Below are positions 1 through 6,412 of a stretch of 14,646 nucleotides of DNA, one piece after another. How positions within the stretch are numbered: the first letter of the stretch is position 1; every line of letters begins with the position of its first letter. The DNA is from an uncultured archaeon (GTDB taxonomy: Archaea; Asgardarchaeota; Lokiarchaeia; Sigyniarchaeales; SOKP01): contig CAZOYD010000079.1 in the NCBI GenBank assembly GCA_964583985.1, forward strand, positions 1 through 14,646, in the 5' to 3' direction. A program made the position numbers and the translations under genes. Below the pieces are notes generated by a model. That model searched no databases, had not been told where the DNA came from, and worked only from the letters and a program-made list of their open reading frames with translations.

Positions 1-43
1 AAAAACTCACTTACTTAAAAAACATTTGGTTTTGTTTAAAAAA

Positions 44-919
44 ATGACTCAAGAAATAGCAATCAAATTTCACAGGCCTATTGATCATAATAATATTAAT
101 GTCGTAGAAACTCTGATATATCCCATATTTGCGAAAAGAAACGATGAAAATAAGTACTATCTGGAGGAAATTCGATCATTATTCCTGACTGCCATGAAAA
201 ATGCAAACCTTAATTCTTTTAAAAGAAACGTATTTTGGCTATTTGTAAGTAGAATTATAGCTAAGGGCGCAAAAAGTGGAATACCACTTATTGAGGTCGA
301 GGAATCACTCCGAAAATTCATCAGAAAACGTGCTAAAAATGAAGTAGATCAGAAATTTATCTCAATGCAACGTGCAAAAATGAATTTTGAAAATATAAAA
401 GAATACATTGATGGTGAGAAGATACTAGACTTGGGCGCGGGTGATGGGTTTTTAGCATTAGAGATTAATAAACAGCTTAACAAGGAAGTGTTATTGGTAG
501 ATATTTTGGATTATAATTCTACAGATTTACCTTTGATTTTATACAATCCGGAGGGCAAACTACCATTACCAGATAATGGAGTAGATTCCACCATACTATA
601 TACCGTATTGCATCATTCAAGTGACCCCCAGCATCTATTATTGGAAGCCATGAGAGTTACTAAAAAACGCTTAATAATTAAAGAGGCTTATATTGAAAAA
701 GAAGTGAATCGGATGACAAATAGCTTTTTTGATTGGTTTTATAATCGCGTAGTTGGCGACGAAGATATCAATGTACCTCTTAATTTTTTAAAGATGGAAG
801 GATGGGAAATAATTCTAAAATCACATGGGTTTGAGGTGATTGAAACAAGATATGTTGGAATTGATGAACCTGTTGTACCAGAGCATCATGTATATATTAT
901 TGCGGATAAAATCAACTAA
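44..919 (+). CDS. Class I SAM-dependent methyltransferase (Methyltransf_11-like) with N-terminal helical extension
   Basis: Motif I ILDLGAGDG, acidic end of beta2 (LLVD), LPLPDNGVD, ILYTVLHH, and LLEAMRV..RLIIKE. The start is uncertain: ATG at 44, TTG at 26, and the frame has no stop back to the window edge. Confidence 0.85.
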   Translation: MTQEIAIKFHRPIDHNNINVVETLIYPIFAKRNDENKYYLEEIRSLFLTAMKNANLNSFKRNVFWLFVSRIIAKGAKSGIPLIEVEESLRKFIRKRAKNEVDQKFISMQRAKMNFENIKEYIDGEKILDLGAGDGFLALEINKQLNKEVLLVDILDYNSTDLPLILYNPEGKLPLPDNGVDSTILYTVLHHSSDPQHLLLEAMRVTKKRLIIKEAYIEKEVNRMTNSFFDWFYNRVVGDEDINVPLNFLKMEGWEIILKSHGFEVIETRYVGIDEPVVPEHHVYIIADKIN

Positions 920-1038
920 ATATTGAATTAGAAAAAAATATCGCGAGATATTTATGAAGATCAGTGGATATAATCAATGAACTTTTTTTTCAGAAAAAGA
1001 ATACGATTTTATCGCGAAGCTAAAATAGAATATAAATT

Positions 1039-1059
1039 AAAAAATTATCTTAATTTTTT
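1039..1059. terminator. Putative bidirectional terminator hairpin between convergent genes
   Basis: Perfect 9-bp AT stem AAAAAATTA-tct-TAATTTTTT, giving a T-run on each strand; an additional T8 tract lies at 983-990. Confidence 0.4.
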
Positions 1060-1068
1060 GCTATGAAA

Positions 1069-1467
1069 CTACTCAATTAATCTTTTCTCCCCTGAGAGCT
1101 TTTGTATTTCAGTTATGTTTTGTGATGCTTCCAGGCAACCAATATACTTTCCTTCATTATCTCTCAGAGCATAATATTCAATCATTACTTTTTCTTTCTT
1201 ATCTTCTATAGTTAAATCGATCCAGAAACGAGCTTTATTCTTTTTACCGTTTTTGAAATCATTAATAATTTGCTCTACTTTATCGAGGCTTGATTTAGGA
1301 TGACAGTTACGAACATTTTTGCCAATAACTCCTTTAGGACGTTTAAAAATTCGAGTTTCATGTTTATTCCAAGCCAAAACTTCATCGTTCTTATTGAGTA
1401 CTGAAAATTCTATGGGGATTGTTTCAAGAATAGCGTTTAAAACATCTTTAGGTAATTGTCCAATCAT
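1069..1467 (-). CDS. Stand-alone PAS domain protein (PAS_10 / DUF438 C-terminal type)
   Basis: ILETIPIEFSVLNKNDEVLAWN, RIFKRPKGVIGKNVRNCHP, ARFWI and YYALRDNEGKYIGCLEASQNIT..L.GEKRL match the PAS_10 pattern. Confidence 0.88.
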   Translation of the reverse strand: MIGQLPKDVLNAILETIPIEFSVLNKNDEVLAWNKHETRIFKRPKGVIGKNVRNCHPKSSLDKVEQIINDFKNGKKNKARFWIDLTIEDKKEKVMIEYYALRDNEGKYIGCLEASQNITEIQKLSGEKRLIE

Positions 1468-1581
1468 ATTTCTTCACTTTATTTGTTTTATTACGATAAA
1501 AGTTATACCTTCTACAAAAACTTTTATCATTCATTTTATAAGAATAATTATTTTTTAAGTAATTATAGGGAGATTAATCCC

Positions 1582-1595
1582 AATTGATATCAATT
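1582..1595. promoter_or_regulatory. 14-bp perfect palindrome, candidate operator in divergent promoter region
   Basis: AATTGATATCAATT is self-complementary and is directly preceded by the inverted repeat GGGA-gattaa-TCCC (1568-1581). The function is inferred only from position. Confidence 0.3.
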
Positions 1596-1657
1596 CCCAA
1601 AAAGCAAAATAACATGAATTTCTGTAAATTTATTTGGGATATATAATTTTTAATCTA

Positions 1658-2695
1658 ATGAAAGCTAAAACAAAACGCATATTAATTGGATGCGCGACAG
1701 TTGTTATTATCTTGCTCATGATTGTTTATGTTGATTTTACAACTATTTTAAATCATTTACAGCAAATTTCTATTATTGGAATTATTTTATTTTCACTAGA
1801 TTATACGATAGCATTCATTTTTAGAGCTCAAAAGTTAAAATTGGTTTTTAAAGGCATCAACTTAGACCCAAGATATTTCACAATATATGGCGCCATTGGT
1901 ACTGGTTGGGCAATTAATGAACTTACACCTGCAAAACTAGGTGATTTGGTGAAAATGGAATATATCAGGCAAAGAGAAACCAACATTCCACTAAGTAAAA
2001 GTTTATGCGCTGTTTTAATTGACAGGTTTATAGATTTGATAATACTTTTTTCAATCACTTGTTATACATTAGCCTATATTTATTTAAGTGGCGTTTCTTA
2101 CACTTCTGAACTGAATTTACCTTTCTTTATTATAGTAGGAGCTATCCTTTTGCTTGTTATTGCTATTGGTTTAGTTTTATTATTTTTTAAAACAGATTGG
2201 ATTCTGAATATAATAGGAAAGATTTCAAATAAGCTTAGAAACCTTCTCGAAAGGTTTATTAAAAGATTTATTGAAGGTTTGAACGATTTTCGAAAAGATA
2301 AAAAAAATATAATTCTCGTGTTGTTGTATAATATTCCCACGTGGTTTTTTGAATCCATAACCTTGGTTATTATATTTTACTTAGCGGGATATCAGATTAA
2401 CATATTCATAATTATTTTAGCACAAATTATTACATTCTTCACAAAAACAATTCCAATTACCCCGGGAGGATGGGGTGTTTCTGAAATCGTTGGAGCCTTG
2501 CTAATTTCACTATTTTATCCATTAATGCCCTACAATGAGATTTTATCACTCTTTATATTGGATCATATACTGAGATTGATATATGTATTTATATATGGAG
2601 GCATTTCAACAGTTGCGATTAATTTCAAATTTAAGAATGTAGATCTTTCAAAATCAGAAACTACTAACTCAATAAAAACAATAAATTCGCTATAA
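1658..2695 (+). CDS. Lysylphosphatidylglycerol-synthase-TM / UPF0104 family membrane protein (putative flippase)
   Basis: Multiple TM segments; FRAQK, INELTPAKLGDLVK, VLIDRFIDL, IPITPGGWGVSE and ILDHILR correspond to the family motifs (N..TP...GE..K, ER..D, P.TPGG.G..E). ATG at 1658 preferred over TTG at 1634. Confidence 0.88.
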   Translation: MKAKTKRILIGCATVVIILLMIVYVDFTTILNHLQQISIIGIILFSLDYTIAFIFRAQKLKLVFKGINLDPRYFTIYGAIGTGWAINELTPAKLGDLVKMEYIRQRETNIPLSKSLCAVLIDRFIDLIILFSITCYTLAYIYLSGVSYTSELNLPFFIIVGAILLLVIAIGLVLLFFKTDWILNIIGKISNKLRNLLERFIKRFIEGLNDFRKDKKNIILVLLYNIPTWFFESITLVIIFYLAGYQINIFIIILAQIITFFTKTIPITPGGWGVSEIVGALLISLFYPLMPYNEILSLFILDHILRLIYVFIYGGISTVAINFKFKNVDLSKSETTNSIKTINSL

Positions 2696-3403
2696 ATATC
2701 TCAATCTTAAAACTATTAAATTCAATAAGATAAATATGGGATCTAACGGTTTAATTTTTGAACCTTCTTCATGTTTCCATTCTATTGGCAATTGATATAC
2801 CTTTAATTTATTTTTTCTAGCTAAATATAATATTTCAACATCAAATTCCCATCTAAAAGCTTTTAAATTCTTGAAAACTTGAATAGCAGCATTCTTGGTA
2901 AATCCTTTAAATCCACATAATAGATCATTGATATTAATCCTGAATAAGATATTTGAGTATAAATTAAAGATCTTACTCATCAACCTTCTACGTAAGGGTT
3001 GTGGATTGGTGATATTTGACGCTAATGAAATGCGGGACCCGACGATGATATCATATTTATTTTTTCGATAAAAAGTATACATATTCGATATTTCTTCTGG
3101 TTTAATTGAACCATCAGCATCTATAAAAAGTACAAACTCACCTCTTGCTTTTAAAACTCCCATTAAAACGGCATGTCCTTTTCCTTTATTTTCAGAATAA
3201 CTTATAAGTCTCACGTTTTCTTGATTTTTTATTATACTCCTTACAACATCTTTTGTATCATCATTTGAACCATCATCTATAATTATAATTTCAAATCTTT
3301 CTAAATTTAGAGAGCTAAAATTGATTAATTCTCCAAGAAACTTTGGAATCCTTTTCCCTTCATTATACGCGGGAATCAAAATGCTAAGATCAATATCCTT
3401 CAA
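2690..3403 (-). CDS. GT2 glycosyltransferase, dolichyl-phosphate beta-glucosyltransferase (ALG5/DPG synthase)-like
   Basis: LSILIPAYNEGKRI, IIIDDGSNDDT, NKGKGHAV..G...ARG, FIDADG (DxD), CGFK, WEFDVEIL and PIEW....GSKI. TTG start. Confidence 0.85.
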   Translation of the reverse strand: MKDIDLSILIPAYNEGKRIPKFLGELINFSSLNLERFEIIIIDDGSNDDTKDVVRSIIKNQENVRLISYSENKGKGHAVLMGVLKARGEFVLFIDADGSIKPEEISNMYTFYRKNKYDIIVGSRISLASNITNPQPLRRRLMSKIFNLYSNILFRININDLLCGFKGFTKNAAIQVFKNLKAFRWEFDVEILYLARKNKLKVYQLPIEWKHEEGSKIKPLDPIFILLNLIVLRLRYL

Positions 3404-3588
3404 TTTTAATATCGACAGATTGGTTAGTAATTGTTTATCAAAAATGTAGAAGATTAAAGTTGCTGTATTTTAATCTACAAATTCATAAAACTATTAAAAT
3501 TTATACTTCTAATCATAAAAAACTTTTAATTTAATTAATCTTATGCAAATTTATTAAATTTCTCTTCTAATATACAAAAATGGTATAG

Positions 3589-4680
3589 ATGATGATTCTT
3601 AAACGTAATGAAAAGGGGAAATGGAAAATAAAAAATCCCTATATATTAGGCATGTTTTTTATTGCAATCGGAATAGGAATAAGAATTGCAATGTTAATAT
3701 ATTATTATATTGTTCATCTTAATTCTGGAATCTCATGGGGTGATGTTTTTATAAATTATCATACTACAGACTCAATGTTTACAGGAGAATGGATTTGGGA
3801 AATAACTGAATTAGAATACCCTCCATTAACCCTGTATTTATTAATTTTTTTTAAGATGATATCTTTTGGTATTTTTGAACTCTTTGTTTTTTATGCTTTT
3901 CTATTAGAACTTCTTACGGCACTCTCTTTTTATTTTATTCTTAAAAAGTTTAACATTGATAACCGATACCTTGTTTTAGGATTATTTTTAATTAATCCAT
4001 TTGTTTTCTTAAATAATGTATTCAGCCCTTTGAACTGCGGGTATCACATAACAGATAGTTTCTTCTATATATTTTTATTAATTTCTTTATATTATTACCC
4101 TAAAGAAGATAAGTCTTTATTCTATCTTTTTTCGGGGCTAACTATGAGTGTAAAATGGTTTACACTGCCTGCAGCAGCATATTTCTTCTTAAAATTTATT
4201 TTTGAGAAAAACTGGAAGGAGATAAAACGAATTGTAATCTTTCTTGGCATTCCCTTGCTCATATTTTTGATAAGCCCAATATTATACTTACCGAATTACA
4301 TTGACCTCTATATTGGATGGTTATCCAGTAGTGAAGAAGCAGCATTTTATAATCCACCATTCATTGTCAAGATCTTGATCTTTGGGAGCGTGTTTTTGAT
4401 CTATTTGATCCTTAGAATTAAAAAAGCGGATCTATTAGAAATCACCTTCTTTTCAATAATAGTAATGTTTTCAATATTGTTTTGGAGAAGAACTTATGTT
4501 AGGTACCTCACTCCATTAGTCTTATACGGTCATTTGAAATCGAACGACTCCATCTTGGAAATAGATATTGATTTTAAAATAACCCGAGTCAATTTTCAAA
4601 TTGGAAATCACATGCTTACATATTTACTATCTGTATTGGGATGTTTGGTTTCAATTGCTATAATAATATTTATTTTTTAG
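3589..4680 (+). CDS. Polytopic GT-C-fold glycosyltransferase (GT87 / PIG-M / ALG6-ALG8-like)
   Basis: About 9-11 hydrophobic segments. The first external loop has WGD and LEYPPLTLY; later come FLINP and GLTMSVKWF (Lys at a TM end) and a late RY. It is divergent from the GT2 gene. Confidence 0.62.
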   Translation: MMILKRNEKGKWKIKNPYILGMFFIAIGIGIRIAMLIYYYIVHLNSGISWGDVFINYHTTDSMFTGEWIWEITELEYPPLTLYLLIFFKMISFGIFELFVFYAFLLELLTALSFYFILKKFNIDNRYLVLGLFLINPFVFLNNVFSPLNCGYHITDSFFYIFLLISLYYYPKEDKSLFYLFSGLTMSVKWFTLPAAAYFFLKFIFEKNWKEIKRIVIFLGIPLLIFLISPILYLPNYIDLYIGWLSSSEEAAFYNPPFIVKILIFGSVFLIYLILRIKKADLLEITFFSIIVMFSILFWRRTYVRYLTPLVLYGHLKSNDSILEIDIDFKITRVNFQIGNHMLTYLLSVLGCLVSIAIIIFIF

Positions 4681-4757
4681 ATAATTTATATAAAAATTAA
4701 AGAATTGTAGTTAAGATATTCATAGTAAAATTATTTCAGAGAGATTAATTTAGTGTA

Positions 4758-5912
4758 ATGAAGATGGAAGAAAAACAGATCATAAAAGGAAATAATAATT
4801 TTTCAATAGCTATATTTCAAGCTTTGAAATCACCCAATGAAAATATATTCTTTTCATCTCTTAGCATTTACACAATTCTTTCAATTGTATTTGCTGGAGC
4901 CCGAGGTCTAACTGAAACACAAATTAAAGAGATTCTCCACATCAAACTTGATCAAAATCGATTCCATTCAGAGCTCAAGAAAATGTTAAGACTCTTTCAA
5001 CGTGATACAGGCTCAGAACTTAGCATGGCAAATTTATTATGTATTAATAATAATTATAAGCTACTTGAAAAATTTCTGTGGACTGTTGAAGATACTTATG
5101 GTGGAGCAATTTGGGAATTAGACTTCAATGCGATTTCAGATACTTGTTCGAAAATAAATTCATGGGTGGCAGAGCATACTCAAGGAAAAATAAAGGATGT
5201 TATTCATACACTTAATGAGGATCTTGGTATTTTATTAGTGAACGCTATATATTTTAAGGGTACTTGGGAAAATTTATTTAAAGAAAATGATACTAAAGAG
5301 GAAAAGTTTACATTACTTTCTGGCAATACGATTCTCGTTCCAATGATGCACCAAAAAAATAAATTTCGGTATTTAGAGGAAGATGGATGTCAAATCCTTG
5401 AAATGTCATATAAAGGGATAAGAGTTTTTGGCTCATTAGAACATATTTCAATGATTATCATCCTCTCTGAAAAGAAAGACGGAATTGAAAACATAGGAAA
5501 AAGTTTAACAAATGAAAAAATAGAAAATTACTTAGAAAAACTTAACCATATTTGGGAGAGAGAAATAAACGTTTTCTTCCCTAAGTTTAAAATTGAAACA
5601 AATTATGAGCTAAAAAAAATATTATTCAATTTAGGGATGACATCCGCTTTTTCTGATGGAGCAAATTTCTCAGGGATTGCTTTAGATCCCCCCAGATATA
5701 TTTCTCAAATCATTCATAAAGCATATATTGAAGTTAATGAGAGAGGAACTGAAGCTGCAGCTGTTACTGCAATTAGGGTATTAGGTGCTGGAATGGTTCC
5801 AATTGTAGAACCAAAAGAATTTCGTGCAGATCATCCCTTCTTTTTTCTGCTAGTAGACTCTAACACGAGAGCTATATTATTTAGTGGGAGAATTATGAAT
5901 CCCAAACTATAA
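4758..5912 (+). CDS. Serpin (serine protease inhibitor family), no signal peptide
   Basis: NIFFS.LSI, GARGLTETQI, INSWVAEHTQGKI, LVNAIYFKGTW, VPMM, PKFKIE, hinge EVNERGTEAAA, FRADHPFFF and ILFSGRIMNP. Confidence 0.97.
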   Translation: MKMEEKQIIKGNNNFSIAIFQALKSPNENIFFSSLSIYTILSIVFAGARGLTETQIKEILHIKLDQNRFHSELKKMLRLFQRDTGSELSMANLLCINNNYKLLEKFLWTVEDTYGGAIWELDFNAISDTCSKINSWVAEHTQGKIKDVIHTLNEDLGILLVNAIYFKGTWENLFKENDTKEEKFTLLSGNTILVPMMHQKNKFRYLEEDGCQILEMSYKGIRVFGSLEHISMIIILSEKKDGIENIGKSLTNEKIENYLEKLNHIWEREINVFFPKFKIETNYELKKILFNLGMTSAFSDGANFSGIALDPPRYISQIIHKAYIEVNERGTEAAAVTAIRVLGAGMVPIVEPKEFRADHPFFFLLVDSNTRAILFSGRIMNPKL

Positions 5913-5945
5913 TTTACTTGAAACAATATTTATTTTAGATAAAGA

Positions 5946-6365
5946 ATGGAGAAATTATTTCCTATTAATATTAATCCTCAATTATGCGTTCGATGTCAAA
6001 AATGTTCTTATTCTTGTCATCCAAAAGCAATCTTTTTTAGAGATTCTTTAAGATTTGTTGATTATAATAAATGCGAAGGATGCCTTAAATGCGTTGAAGT
6101 TTGCGAACATAATGCTATTGAAGTAATCTCAATAGATGAGGGTAAACTAACTGAATTTAAAATAGATCGTGATAAATGTACTGTTTGCAAGAAATGTTTG
6201 GAGCCTGGATTTTGTTTTCAAAATTTATTTGAGAGTAAAACTGACCCAGAAACAGGAAAAACTATAATAGTATTTAATAAAGAGAGAATGGATTCATGTG
6301 AAAGTTGTTTAAAATGCTTCACTAATTGTCCTAATAATGCCATAATTCCCGTTATTTCACAGTAA
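5946..6365 (+). CDS. 4Fe-4S binding protein (ferredoxin with four cluster motifs)
   Basis: 16 Cys in four motifs: CVRCQKCSYSC, CEGCLKCVEVC, CTVCKKCLEPGFC, CESCLKCFTNCP. Confidence 0.92.
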   Translation: MEKLFPININPQLCVRCQKCSYSCHPKAIFFRDSLRFVDYNKCEGCLKCVEVCEHNAIEVISIDEGKLTEFKIDRDKCTVCKKCLEPGFCFQNLFESKTDPETGKTIIVFNKERMDSCESCLKCFTNCPNNAIIPVISQ

Positions 6366-6370
6366 TTTTC

Positions 6371-6398
6371 AATTATCCGATAAAATGTCCGGGTAATT
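6371..6398. terminator. Stem-loop between convergent ferredoxin and RCK-protein genes
   Basis: AATTATCCG (6371-6379) pairs with CGGGTAATT (6390-6398) with one G-U on the + transcript, inside a 47-bp convergent gap. Confidence 0.35.
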
Positions 6399-6412
6399 AA
6401 AATAATAGAAAA

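Noticed and set aside
950-1000. SECIS-like ATGA..AA..GA pattern, and the hairpin after the UGA stop at 6413-6415
   Set aside because: No supporting helix for the first and no AUGA/GA core for the second; no gene here has an in-frame UGA at a Cys-like position.
1319-1558. 79-aa + strand ORF
   Set aside because: TTG start, mostly antisense to the well-supported PAS gene, and no recognisable motif.
1828-2358. Two - strand ORFs (76 and 86 aa)
   Set aside because: Antisense shadows inside the flippase gene.
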